Positions 12,001 to 27,000 of a stretch of 64,000 bases of DNA are shown one piece after another; within the stretch, counting starts at the first letter, position 1; every line of letters starts with the position of its first letter. The notes under the pieces were generated by a model. The model worked only from the letters and a program-made list of their open reading frames with translations. It was not told the DNA's origin and did no database searches. Origin of the DNA: Eledone cirrhosa (Eukaryota); contig OZ024752.1 of NCBI GenBank assembly GCA_964016885.1, positions 24,490,001 through 24,554,000 of the forward strand, in the 5' to 3' direction. The translations under genes and the position numbers were made by a program.

Positions 12001-15000
12001 TAGTAGGCGTCTGTCATCTTACCATCCCATTCCTACTGACTAGCCTCAGTGTCACGTGATTGATTCTTTAGAATCGGCCATTTGACCAGTGGCAGTGAGA
12101 ATTTTCAGTGCCTGGAATCCAGTCCTCGATAGCTGTTCCTTTTACCGAATTATTATTATTTTTATATGAGTCCCCAGTGTCCGCGCATTGCCTGGAGACT
12201 TGGCTGAGAATAGACCTCCCTGATGACGCATTGAAATTCTCAACAGTTCATTACGTAACTGTCTTTATCCCATTGCAGAAACTAATTAGTTGGAGTGAAA
12301 ATCTAAGTAAGTTAATTATTTAAAATTTTTTTTTATTAATTTTCTTATTTTACGTCTTTTATATTATTGTTCTTCATCCTCCTGCATTGAACCACCTAGG
12401 TACTATGAGATAACCTGTGTATTTGCTGGCATTAGCGTACATCTGTGCGCTTATGTTAGTAGATATATTAAATTATCTATACTTATCTCCAAATCACTGA
12501 TTTGTCGAGCAAACCTGCCAAAACCACTACTAAATTTTTTGGGGGGTGTTAGTAGGCGTCTGTCATCTTACCATCCCATTCCTACTGACTAGCCTCAGTG
12601 TCACGTGATTGATTCTTTAGAATCGGCCATTTGACTAGTGGCAGTGAGAATTTTCAGTGTATGGAATCCAGTCCACGATAGCTGTTCCTTTTACCGAATT
12701 ATTATTATTTTTATATGAGTCCCCAGTGTCCGCGCATTGCCTGGAGACTTGGCTGAGAATAGACCTCCCTGATGACGCAATGAAATTCTCAACAGTTCAT
12801 TACGTAACTGTCTTTATCCCATTGCAGAAACTAATTAGATGGAGTGAAAATTTAAGTAAGTTAATTCTTTAAAATTTTTTTTTTAAATTTTCTTATATTA
12901 CGTCTTTTATATTATTGTTCTGCATCCTCCTGCATTGTACCTCCTAGGTACTATGACATAACCTATGTATTTTCTGGCATTAGCGTACATCTGTGCCCTT
13001 ATGTTAGTAAAATATATTAAATTATCTATATTTATCTCCAAATCACTGATTTGTCGAGCAAACCTGCCAAAACCACAACAAAATGTTTTTGGGGGTGTTA
13101 GTAGGCGTCTGTCATCTTACCATCCCATTCCTACTGACTAGCCTCAGTGTCACGTGATTGATTCTTTAGAATCGGCCATTTGACCAGTGGCAGTGAGAAT
13201 TTTCAGTGCCTGGAATCCAGTCCTCGATAGCTGTTCCTTTTACCGAATTATAATTATTTTTATATGAGTCCCCAGTGTCCGCGCATTGCCTGGAGACTTG
13301 GCTGAGAATAGACCTCCCTGATGACGCAATGAAATTCTCAACAGTTCATTACGTAACTGTCTTTATCCCATTGCAGAAACTAATTAGTTGGAGTGAAAAT
13401 CTAAGTAAGTTAATTATTTAAAATTTTTTTTTATTAATTTTCTTATTTTACGTCTTTTATATTATTGTTCTTCATCCTCCTGCATTGAACCACGTAGGTA
13501 CTATGACATAACCTGTGTATTTTCTGGCATTAGCGTACATCTGTGCGCTTATGTTAGTAGATATATTAAATTATCTATATTTATCTCCAAATCACTGATT
13601 TGTCGAGCAAACCTGCCAAATCCACTACTAAATTTTTTTTTTTTGGGGGGGGGGGAGTGTTAGTAGGCGTCGGTCATCTTACCATCCCATTCCTACTGAC
13701 TAGCCTCAGTGTCACGTGATTGATTCTTTAGAATCGGCCATTTGACCAGTGGCAGTGAGAATTTTCAGTGCCTGGAATCCAGTCCTCGATAGCTGTTCCT
13801 TTTACCGAATTATTATTATTTTTATATGAGTCCCCAGTGTCCGCGCATTGCCTGGAGACTTGGCTGAGAATAGACCTCCCTGATGACGCAATGAAATTCT
13901 CAACAGTTCATTACGTAATTGTCTTTATCCCATTGCAGAAACTAATTAGTTGGAGTGAAAATCTAAGTAAGTTAATTATTTAAAATTTTTTTTTATTAAT
14001 TTTCTTATTTTACGTCTTTTATATTATTGTTCTTCATCCTCCTGCATTGAACCACCTAGGTACTATGACATAACCTGTGTATTTTATGGCATTAGCGTAC
14101 ATCTGTGCCCTTATGTTAGTAGATATATTAAATTATCTATATTTATCTCCAAATCGAGCAAACCTGCCAAATCCACTACTAAATTTTTTTTTTGGGGGGG
14201 GGGGGGTGTTAGTAGGCGTCTGTCATCTTACCATCCCATTCCTACTGACTAGCCTCAGTGTCACGTGATTGATTCTTTAGAATCGGCCATTTGACCAGTG
14301 GCAGTGAGAATTTTCAGTGCCTGGAATCCAGTCCTCGATAGCTGTTCCTTTTACCGAATTATAATTATTTTTATATGAGTCCCCAGTGTCCGCGCATTGC
14401 GTGGAGACTTGGCTGAGAATAGACCTCCCTGATGACGCAATGAAATTCTCAACAGTTCATTACGTAACTGTCTTTATCCCATTGCAGAAACTAATTAGTT
14501 GGAGTGAAAATCTAAGTAAGTTAATTATTTAAAATTTTTTTTTATTAATTTTCTTATTTTACGTCTTTTATATTATTGTTCTTCATCCTCCTGCATTGAA
14601 CCACGTAGGTACTATGACATAACCTGTGTATTTTCTGGCATTAGCGTACATCTGTGCGCTTATGTTAGTAGATATATTAAATTATCTATATTTATCTCCA
14701 AATCACTGATTTGTCGAGCAAACCTGCCAAATCCACTACTAAATTTTTTTTTTGGGGGGTGGGGGGGTGTTAGTAGGCGTCGGTCATCTTACCATCCCAT
14801 TCCTACTGACTAGCCTCAGTGTCACGTGATTGATTCTTTAGAATCGGCCATTTGACCAGTGGCAGTGAGAATTTTCAGTGCCTGGAATCCAGTCCTCGAT
14901 AGCTGTTCCTTTTACCGAATTATTATTATTTTTATATGAGTCCCCAGTGTCCGCGCATTGCCTGGAGACTTGGCTGAGAATAGACCTCCCTGATGACGCA

Positions 15001-18000
15001 ATGAAATTCTCAACAGTTCATTACGTAACTGTCTTTATCCCATTGCAGAAACTAATTAGTTGGAGTGAATATCTAAGTAAGTTAATTATTTAAAATTTTT
15101 TTTTATTAATTTTCTTATTTTACGTCTTTTATATTATTGTTCTTCATCCTCCTGCATTGAACCACCTAGGTACTATGAGATAACCTGTGTATTTGCTGGC
15201 ATTAGCGTACATCTGTGCGCTTATGTTAGTAGATATATTAAATTATCTATACTTATCTCCAAATCACTGATTTGTCGAGCAAACCTGCCAAAACCACTAC
15301 TAAATTTTTTGGGGGGTGTTAGTAGGCGTCTGTCATCTTACCATCCCATTCCTACTGACTAGCCTCAGTGTCACGTGATTGATTCTTTAGAATCGGCCAT
15401 TTGACTAGTGGCAGTGAGAATTTTCAGTGTATGGAATCCAGTCCACGATAGCTGTTCCTTTTACCGAATTATTATTATTTTTATATGAGTCCCCAGTGTC
15501 CGCGCATTGCCTGGAGACTTGGCTGAGAATAGACCTCCCTGATGACGCAATGAAATTCTCAACAGTTCATTACGTAACTGTCTTTATCCCATTGCAGAAA
15601 CTAATTAGATGGAGTGAAAATTTAAGTAAGTTAATTCTTTAAAATTTTTTTTTTAAATTTTCTTATATTACGTCTTTTATATTATTGTTCTGCATCCTCC
15701 TGCATTGTACCTCCTAGGTACTATGACATAACCTATGTATTTTCTGGCATTAGCGTACATCTGTGCCCTTATGTTAGTAAAATATATTAAATTATCTATA
15801 TTTATCTCCAAATCACTGATTTGTCGAGCAAACCTGCCAAAACCACAACAAAATGTTTTTGGGGGTGTTAGTAGGCGTCTGTCATCTTACCATCCCATTC
15901 CTACTGACTAGCCTCAGTGTCACGTGATTGATTCTTTAGAATCGGCCATTTGACCAGTGGCAGTGAGAATTTTCAGTGCCTGGAATCCAGTCCACGATAG
16001 CTGTTCCTTTTACCGAATTATTATTATTTTTATATGAGTCCCCAGTGTCCGCGCATTGCCTGGAGACTTGGCTGAGAATAGACCTCCCTGATGACGCACT
16101 GAAATTCTCAACAGTTCATTACGTAACTGTCTTTATCCCATTGCAGAAACTAATTAGTTGGAGTAAAAATTTAAGTAAGTTAATTCTTTAAAATTTTTTT
16201 TTTTAATTTTCTTATTTTACGTCTTTTATATTATTGTTCTGCATCCTCATGCATTGAACCACCTAGGTACTATAACATAACCTGTGTATTTGCTGGCATT
16301 AGCGTACATCTGTGCGCTTATGTTAGTAGATATATTAAATTATCTATATTTATCTCCAAATCACTGATTTGTCGAGCAAACCTGCCAAAACCACTACTAA
16401 ATTTTTTGGGGGGTGTTAGTAGGCGTCTGTCATCTTACCATCCCATTCCTACTGACTAGCCTCAGTGTCACGTGATTGATTCTTTAGAATCGGCTATTTG
16501 ACCAGTGGCCGTGAGAATTTTCAGTGCCTGGAATCCAGTCCTCGATAGCTGTTCCATTTACCGAATTATTATTATTTTTATATGAGTCCCCAGTGTCCGC
16601 GCATTGCCTGGAGACTTGGCTGAGAATAAAGCTCCCTGATGACGCAATGAAATTCTCAACAGTTCATTACATAACTGTCTTTATCCCATTGCAGAAACTA
16701 ATTAGTTGGAGTGAAAATTTAAGTAAGTTAATTCTTTAAAATTTTTTTTTTTAATTTTCTTATTTTACGTCTTTTATATTATTGTTCTGCATCCTCCTGC
16801 ATTGAACCACCTAGGTACTATGACATAACCTGTGTATTTTCTGGCATTAGCGTACATCTGTGCGCTTATGTTAGTAGATATATTAAATTATCTATATTTA
16901 TCTCCAAATCACTGATTTGTCGAGCAAACCTGCCAAATCCACTACTAAATGTTTTGGGGGGTGTTAGTAGGCGTCTGTCATATTACCATCCCATTCCTAC
17001 TGACTAGCCTCAGTGTCACGTGATTGATTCTTTAGAATCGGCCATTTGACCAGTGGCAGTGAGAATTTTCAGTTCCTGGAATCCAGTCCTCGATAGCTGT
17101 TCCTTTTACCGAATTATAATTATTTTTATATGAGTCCCCAGTGTCCGCGCATTGCCTGGAGACTTGGCTGAGAATAGACCTCCCTGATGACGCAAAGAAA
17201 TTCTCAACAGTTCATTACGTAACTGTCTTTATCCCATTGCAGAAACTAATTAGTTGGAGTGAAAATCTAAGTAAGTTAATTATTTAAAATTTTTTTTTAT
17301 TAATTTTCTTATTTTACGTCTTTTATATTATTGTTCTTCATCCTCCTGCATTGAACCACGTAGGTACTATGACATAACCTGTGTATTTTCTGGCATTAGC
17401 GTACATCTGTGCGCTTATGTTAGTAGATATATTAAATTATCTATATTTATCTCCAAATCACTGATTTGTCGAGCAAACCTGCCAAATCCACTATTAAATT
17501 TTTTTTTGGGGGGGGGGTGTTAGTAGGCGTCTGTCATCTTACCATCCCATTCCTACTGACTAGCCTCAGTGTCACGTGATTGATTCTTTAGAATCGGCCA
17601 TTTGACCAGTGGCAGTGAGAATTTTCAGTGCCTGGAATCCAGTCCTCGATAGCTGTTCCTTTTACCGAATTATTATTATTTTTATATAAGTCCCCAGTGT
17701 CCGCGCATTGCCTGGAGACTTGGCTGAGAATAGACCTCCCTGATGACGCAATGAAATTCTCAACAGTTCATTACGTAACTGTCTTTATCGCATTGCAGAA
17801 ACTAATTAGATGGAGTGAAAATTTAAGTAAGTTAATTCTTTAAAATTTTTTTTTTTAATTTTCTTATATTACGTCTTTTATATTATTGTTCTGCATCCTC
17901 CTGCATTGTACCTCCTAGGTACTATGACATAACCTATGTATTTTCTGGCATTAGCGTACATCTGTGCCCTTATGTTAGTAAAATATATTAAATTATCTAT

Positions 18001-21000
18001 ATTTATCTCCAAATCACTGATTTGTCGAGCAAACCTGCCAAAACCACAACAAAATGTTTTTGGGGGTGTTAGTAGGCGTCTGTCATCTTACCATCCCATT
18101 CCTACTGACTAGCCTCAGTGTCACGTGATTGATTCTTTAGAATCGGCCATTTGACCAGTGGCAGTGAGAATTTTCAGTGCCTGGAATCCAGTCCTCGATA
18201 GCTGTTCCTTTTACCGAATTATTATTATTTTTATATGAGTCCCCAGTGTCCGCGCATTGCCTGGAGACTTGGCTGAGAATAGACCTCCCTGATGACGCAA
18301 TGAAATTCTCAACAGTTCATTACGTAACTGTCTTTATCCCATTGCAGAAACTAATTAGTTGGAGTGAAAATCTAAGTAAGTTAATTATTTAAAATTTTTT
18401 TTTATTAATTTTCTTATTTTACGTCTTTTATATTATTGTTCTTCATCCTCCTGCATTGAACCACGTAGGTACTATGACATAACCTGTGTATTTTCTGGCA
18501 TTAGCGTACATCTGTGCGCTTATGTTAGTAGATATATTAAATTATCTATATTTATCTCCAAATCACTGATTTGTCGAGCAAACCTGCCAAATCCACTACT
18601 AAATTTTTTTTTGGGGGGGGGGGGGTGTTAGTAGGCGTCGGTCATCTTACCATCCCATTCCTACTGACTAGCCTCAGTGTCACGTGATTGATTCTTTAGA
18701 ATCGGCCATTTGACCAGTGGCAGTGAGAATTTTCAGTGCCTGGAATCCAGTCCTCGATAGCTGTTCCTTTTACCGAATTATTATTATTTTTATATGAGTC
18801 CCCAGTGTCCGCGCATTGCCTGGAGACTTGGCTGAGAATAGACCTCCCTGATGACGCAATGAAATTCTCAACAGTTCATTACGTAACTGTCTTTATCCCA
18901 TTGCAGAAACTAATTAGTTGGAGTGAAAATCTAAGTAAGTTAATTATTTAAAATTTTTTTTTATTAATTTTCTTATTTTACGTCTTTTATATTATTGTTC
19001 TTCATCCTCCTGCATTGAACCACCTAGGTACTATGAGATAACCTGTGTATTTTCTGGCATTAGCGTACATCTGTGCGCTTATGTTAGTAGATATATTAAA
19101 TTATCTATACTTATCTCCAAATCACTGATTTGTCGAGCAAACCTGACAAAACCACTACTAAATTTTTTTTGAGGGGGTGTTTGTAGGCGTCTGTCATCTT
19201 ACCATCCCATTCCTACTGACTAGCCTCAGTGTCACGTGATTGATTCTTTAGAATCGGCTATTTGACCAGTGGCCGTGAGAATTTTCAGTGCCTGGAATTC
19301 AGTCCTCGATAGCTGTTCCATTTACCGAATTATTATTATTTTTATATGAGTCCCCAGTGTCCGCGAATTGCCTGGAGAATTGGCTGAGAATAAACCTCCC
19401 TGATGACGCAATGAAATTCTCAACAGTTCATTACATAACTGTCTTTATCCCATTGCAGAAACTAATTAGTTGGAGTGAAAATTTAAGTAAGTTAATTCTT
19501 TAAAACTTTTTAAAAAATTTTTTTTATTTTACGTCTTTTATATTATTGTTCTGCATCCTCCTGCATTGAACCACCTAGGTACTATGACATAACCTGTGTA
19601 TTTTCTGGCATTAGCGTACATCTGTGCGCTTATGTTAGTAGATATATTAAATTATCTATATTTATCTCCAAATCACTGATTTGTCGAGCAAACCTGACAA
19701 AACCACTACTAAATTTTTTTTGGGGGGGTGTTTGTAGGCGTCTGTCATCTTACCATCCCATTCCTACTGACTAGCCTCAGTGTCACGTGATTGATTCTTT
19801 AGAATTGGCCATTTGACCAGTGGCAGTGAGAATTTTCAGTGCCTGGAATCCAGTCTCGATAGCTGTTCCTTTTACCGAATTATAATTATATTTATATGAG
19901 TCCCCAGTGTCCGCGCATTGCCTGGAGACTTGGCTGAGAATAGATTTCCCTGATGACGCAATGAAATCTCAACAGTTCATTACGTAACTGTCTTTACCCC
20001 ATTGCAGAAACTAATTAGTTGGAGTGAAAATTTAAGTAAGTAAGTTAATTCTTTAAAATTTTTTTTTTAATTTTCTTATTTTACGTCTTTTATATTATTG
20101 TTCTGCATCCTCCTGCATTGAACCACCTAGGTACTATGACATAACCTGTGTATTTGCTGGCATTAGCGTACATATGTGCGCTTATGTTAGTAGATATATT
20201 AAATTATCTATATTTATCTCCAAATCACTAATTTGTCGAGCAAACCTGCTAAAACCACTACAAAATTTTTTGGGGGGTGTTAGTAGGCGTCTGTCATCTT
20301 ACCATCCCATTCCTACTGACTAGCCTCAGTGTCACGTGATTTATTCTTTAGAATCGGCCATTTGACTAGTGGCAGTGAGAATTTTCAGTGCCTGGAATCC
20401 AGTCCACGATAGCTGTTCCTTTTACCGAATTATTATTATTTTTATATGAGTCCCCAGTGTCCGCGCATTGCCTGGAGACTTGGCTGAGAATAGACCTCCC
20501 TGATGACGCAATGAAATTCTCAACAGTTCATTACGTAACTGTCTTTATCCCATTGCAGAAACTAATTAGATGGAGTGAAAATTTAAGTAAGTTAATTCTT
20601 TAAAATTTTTTTTTTAAATTTTCTTATATTACGTCTTTTATATTATTGTTCTGCATCCTCCTGCATTGTACCACCTAGGTACTATGACATAACCTATGTA
20701 TTTTCTGGCATTAGCGTACATCTGTGCCCTTATGTTAGTAAAATATATTAAATTATCTATATTTATCTCCAAATCACTGATTTGTCGAGCAAACCTACCA
20801 AAACCACAACAAAATGTTTTTGGGGGTGTTAAAAGGCGTCTGTCATCTTACCATCCCATTCCTACTGACTAGCCTCAGTGTCACGTGATTGATTCTTTAG
20901 AATCGGCTATTTGACCAGTGGCCGTGAGAATTTTCAGTGCCTGAAATCCAGTCCTCGATAGCTGTTCCATTTACCGAATTATTATTATTTTTATATGAGT

Positions 21001-24000
21001 CCCCAGTGTCCGCGCATTGCCTGGAGACTTGGCTGAGAATAAAGCTCCCTGATGACGCAATAAAATTCTCAACAGTTCATTACATAACTGTCTTTATCCC
21101 ATTGCAGAAACTAATTAGTTGGAGTGAAAATTTAAGTAAGTTAATTCTTTAAAATTTTTTTTTTAATTTTCTTATTTTACGTCTTTTATATTATTGTTCT
21201 GCATCCTCCTGCATTGAACCACCTAGGTACTATGACATAACCTGTGTATTTTCTGGCATTAGCGTACATCTGTGCGCTTATGTTAGTAGATATATTAAAT
21301 TATCTATATTTATCTCCAAATCACTGATTTGTCGAGCAAACCTGCCAAATCCACTACTAAATGTTTTGGGGGGTGTTAGTAGGCGTCTGTCATCTTACCA
21401 TCCCATTCCTACTGACTAGCCTCAGTGTCACGTGATTGATTCTTTAGAATCGGCCATTTGACCAGTGGCAGTGAGAATTTTCAGTGCCTGGAATCCAGTC
21501 CTCGATAGCTGTTCCTTTTACCGAATTATTATTATTTTTATATGAGTCCCCAGTGTCCGCGCATTGCCTGGAGACTTGGCTGAGAATAGACCTCCCTGAT
21601 GACGCAATGAAATTCTCAACAGTTCATTACGTAACTGTCTTTATCCCATTGCAGAAACTAATTAGTTGGAGTGAAAATCTAAGTAAGTTAATTATTTAAA
21701 ATTTTTTTTTATTAATTTTCTTATTTTACGTCTTTTATATTATTGTTCTTCATCCTCCTGCATTGAACCACCTAGGTACTATGAGATAACCTGTGTATTT
21801 GCTGGCATTAGCGTACATCTGTGCGCTTATGTTAGTAGATATATTAAATTATCTATACTTATCTCCAAATCACTGATTTGTCGAGCAAACCTGCCAAAAC
21901 CACTACTAAATTTTTTGGGGGGTGTTAGTAGGCGTCTGTCATCTTACCATCCCATTCCTACTGACTAGCCTCAGTGTCACGTGATTGATTCTTTAGAATC
22001 GGCCATTTGACTAGTGGCAGTGAGAATTTTCAGTGTATGGAATCCAGTCCACGATAGCTGTTCCTTTTACCGAATTATTATTATTTTTATATGAGTCCCT
22101 AGTGTCCGCGCATTGCCTGGAGACTTGGCTGAGAATAGACCTCCCTGATGACGCAATGAAATTCTCAACAGTTCATTACGTAACTGTCTTTATCCCATTG
22201 CAGAAACTAATTAGATGGAGTGAAAATTTAAGTAAGTTAATTCTTTAAAATTTTTTTTTTAAATTTTCTTATATTACGTCTTTTATATTATTGTTCTGCA
22301 TCCTCCTGCATTGTACCTCCTAGGTACTATGACATAACCTATGTATTTTCTGGCATTAGCGTACATCTGTGCCCTTATGTTATTAAAATATATTAAATTA
22401 TCTATATTTATCTCCAAATCACTGATTTGTCGAGCAAACCTGCCAAAACCACAACAAAATGTTTTTGGGGGTGTTAGTAGGCGTCTGTCATCTTACCATC
22501 CCATTCCTACTGACTAGCCTCAGTGTCACGTGATTGATTCTTTAGAATCGGCCATTTGACCAGTGGCAGTGAGAATTTTCAGTGCCTGGAATCCAGTCCT
22601 CGATAGCTGTTCCTTTTACCGGATTATAATTATTTTTATATGAGTCCCCAGTGTCCGCGCATTGCCTGGAGACTTGGCTGAGAATAGACCTCCCTGATGA
22701 CGCAATGAAATTCTCAACAGTTCATTACGTAACTGTCTTTATCCCATTGCAGAAACTAATTAGTTGGAGTGAAAATCTAAGTAAGTTAATTATTTAAAAT
22801 TTTTTTTTATTAATTTTCTTATTTTACGTCTTTTATATTATTGTTCTTCATCCTCCTGCATTGAACCACGTAGGTACTATGACATAACCTGTGTATTTTC
22901 TGGCATTAGCGTACATCTGTGCGCTTATGTTAGTAGATATATTAAATTATCTATATTTATCTCCAAATCACTGATTTGTCGAGCAAACCTGCCAAATCCA
23001 CTACTAAATTTTTTTTTTGGGGGGGGGGTGTTAGTAGGCGTCTGTCATCTTACCATCCCATTCCTACTGACTAGCCTCAGTGTCACGTGATTGATTATTT
23101 AGAATCGGCCATTTGACCAGTGGCAGTGAGAATTTTCAGTGCCTGGAATCCAGTCCACGATAGCTGTTCCTTTTACCGAATTATTATTATTTTTATATGA
23201 GTCCCCAGTGTCCGCGCATTGCCTGGAGACTTGGCTGAGAATAGACCTCCCTGATGACGCACTGAAATTCTCAACAGTTCATTACGTAACTGTCTTTATC
23301 CCATTGCAGAAACTAATTAGTTGGAGTAAAAATTTAAGTAAGTTAATTCTTTAAAATTTTTTTTTTAAATTTTCTTATTTTACGTCTTTTATATTATTGT
23401 TCTGCATCCTCATGCATTGAACCACCTAGGTACTATGACATAACCTGTGTATTTGCTGGCATTAGCGTACATCTGTGCGCTTATGTTAGTAGATATATTA
23501 AATTATCTATATTTATCTCCAAATCACTGATTTGTCGAGCAAACCTGCCAAAACCACTACTAAATTTTTTGGGGGGTGTTAGTAGGCGTCTGTCATCTTA
23601 CCATCCCATTCCTACTGACTAGCCTCAGTGTCACGTGATTGATTCTTTAGAATCGGCCATTTGACCAGTGGCAGTGAGAATTTTCAGTGCCTGGAATCCA
23701 GTCCTCGATAGCTGTTCCTTTTACCGAATTATTATTATTTTTATATGAGTCCCCAGTGTCCGCGCATTGCCTGGAGACTTGGCTGAGAATAGACCTCCCT
23801 GATGACGCAATGAAATTCTCAACAGTTCATTACGTAACTGTCTTTATCCCATTGCAGAAACTAATTAGTTGGAGTGAAAATCTAAGTAAGTTAATTATTT
23901 AAAATTTTTTTTTATTAATTTTCTTATTTTACGTCTTTTATATTATTGTTCTTCATCCTCCTGCATTGAACCACCTAGGTACTATGAGATAACCTGTGTA

Positions 24001-27000
24001 TTTGCTGGCATTAGCGTACATCTGTGCGCTTATGTTAGTAGATATATTAAATTATCTATACTTATCTCCAAATCACTGATTTGTCGAGCAAACCTGCCAA
24101 AACCACTAATAAATTTTTTGGGGGGTGTTTGTAGGCGTCTGTCATCTTACCATCCCATTCCTACTGACTAGCCTCAGTGTCACGTGATTGATTCTTTAGA
24201 ATCGGCCATTTGACCAGTGGCAGTGAGAATTTTCAGTGCCTGGAATCCAGTCCACGATAGCTGTTCCTTTTACCGAATTATTATTATTTTTATATGAGTC
24301 CCCAGTGTCCGCGCATTGCCTGGAGACTTGGCTGAGAATAGACCTCCCTGATGACGCACTGAAATTCTCAACAGTTCATTACGTAACTGTCTTTATCCCA
24401 TTGCAGAAACTAATTAGTTGGAGTAAAAATTTAAGTAAGTTAATTCTTTAAAATTTTTTTTTTAATTTTCTTATTTTACGTCTTTTATATTATTGTTCTG
24501 CATCCTCATGCATTGAACCACCTAGGTACTATGACATAACCTGTGTATTTGCTGGCATTAGCGTACATCTGTGCGCTTATGTTAGTAGATATATTAAATT
24601 ATCTATATTTATCTCCAAATCACTGATTTGTCGAGCAAACCTGCCAAAACCACTACTAAATTTTTTGGGGGGTGTTAGTAGGCGTCTGTCATCTTACCAT
24701 CCCATTCCTACTGACTAGCCTCAGTGTCACGTGATTGATTCTTTAGAATCGGCCATTTGACCAGTGGCAGTGAGAATTTTCAGTGCCTGGAATCCAGTCC
24801 TCGATAGCTGTTCCTTTTACCGAATTATTATTATTTTTATATGAGTCCCCAGTGTCCGCGCATTGCCTGGAGACTTGGCTGAGAATAGACCTCCCTGATG
24901 AGGCAATGAAATTCTCAACAGTTCATTACGTAACTGTCTTTATCCCATTGCAGAAACTAATTAGATGGAGTGAAAATTTAAGTAAGTTAATTCTTTAAAA
25001 TTTTTTTTTTAAATTTTCTTATATTACGTCTTTTATATTATTGTTCTGCATCCTCCTGCATTGTACCTCCTAGGTACTATGACATAACCTATGTATTTTC
25101 TGGCATTAGCGTACATCTGTGCCCTTATGTTAGTAAAATATATTAAATTATCTATATTTATCTCCAAATCACTGATTTGTCGAGCAAACCTGCCAAAACC
25201 ACAACAAAATGTTTTTGGGGGTGTTAGTAGGCGTCTGTCATCTTACCATCCCATTCCTACTGACTAGCCTCAGTGTCACGTGATTGATTCTTTAGAATCG
25301 GCCATTTGACCAGTGGCAGTGAGAATTTTCAGTGCCTGGAATCCAGTCCACGATAGCTGTTCCTTTTACCGAATTATTATTATTTTTATATGAGTCCCCA
25401 GTGTCCGCGCATTGCCTGGAGACTTGGCTGAGAATAGACCTCCCTGATGACGCACTGAAATTCTCAACAGTTCATTACGTAACTGTCTTTATCCCATTGC
25501 AGAAACTAATTAGCTGGAGTAAAAATTTAAGTAAGTTAATTCTTTAAAATTTTTTTTTTAAATTTTCTTATTTTACGTCTTTTATATTATTGTTCTGCAT
25601 CCTCATGCATTGAACCACCTAGGTACTATGACATAACCTGTGTATTTGCTGGCATTAGCGTACATCTGTGCGCTTATGTTAGTAGATATATTAAATTATC
25701 TATATTTATCTCCAAATCACTGATTTGTCGAGCAAACCTGCCAAAACCACTACTAAATTTTTTGGGGGGTGTTAGTAGGCGTCTGTCATCTTACCATCCC
25801 ATTCCTACTGACTAGCCTCAGTGTCACGTGATTGATTCTTTAGAATCGGCTATTTGACCAGTGGTCGTGAGAATTTTCAGTGCCTGGAATTCAGTCCTCG
25901 ATAGCTGTTCCATTTACCGAATTATTATTATTTTTATATGAGTCCCCAGTGTCCGCACATTGCCTGGAGACTTGGCTGAGAATAAACCTCCCTGATGACG
26001 CACTGAAATTCTCAACAGTTCATTACGTAACTGTCTTTATCCCATTGCAGAAACTAATTAGTTGGAGTGAAAATTTAAGTAAGTAAGTTAATTTTTTAAA
26101 ATTCTTTAAAAAAATTTTCTTATTTTACGTCTTTTATATTATTGTTCTGCATCCTCCTGCATTGAACCACCTAGGTACTATGACATAACCTGTGTATTTT
26201 CTGGCATTAGCGTACATCTGTGCGCTTATGTTAGTAGATATATTAAATTATCTATATTTATCTCCAAATCACTGATTTGTCGAGCAAACCTGCCAAATCC
26301 ACTACTAATTTTTTTTTTTGGGGGGGGGGGTGTTAGTAGGCGTCTGTCATCTTACCATCCCATTCCTACTGACTAGCCTCAGTGTCACGTGATTGATTCT
26401 TTAGAATCGGCCATTTGACCAGTGGCAGTGAGAATTTTCAGTGCCTGGAATCCAGTCCTCGATAGCTGTTCCTTTTACCGAATTATTATTATTTTTATAT
26501 GAGTCCCCAGTGTCCGCGCATTGCCTGGAGACTTGGCTGAGAATAGACCTCCCTGATGACGCAATGAAATTCTCAACAGTTCATTACGTAACTGTCTTTA
26601 TCCCATTGCAGAAACTAATTAGTTGGAGTGAAAATCTAAGTAAGTTAATTATTTAAAATTTTTTTTTATTAATTTTCTTATTTTACGTCTTTTATATTAT
26701 TGTTCTTCATCCTCCTGCATTGAACCACCTAGGTACTATGAGATAACCTGTGTATTTGCTGGCATTAGCGTACATCTGTGCGCTTATGTTAGTAGATATA
26801 TTAAATTATCTATACTTATCTCCAAATCACTGATTTGTCGAGCAAACCTGCCAAAACCACTACTAAATTTTTGGGGGGGTGTTAGTAGGCGTCTGTCATC
26901 TTACCATCCCATTCCTACTGACTAGCCTCAGTGTCACGTGATTGATTCTTTAGAATCGGCCATTTGACTAGTGGCAGTGAGAATTTTCAGTGTATGGAAT

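Noticed and set aside
13620-13660. Hypervariable T(n)G(n) tract as a spacer or phase-variable element
   Set aside because: Simple homopolymer length variation, also prone to sequencing error; carries no unique information.
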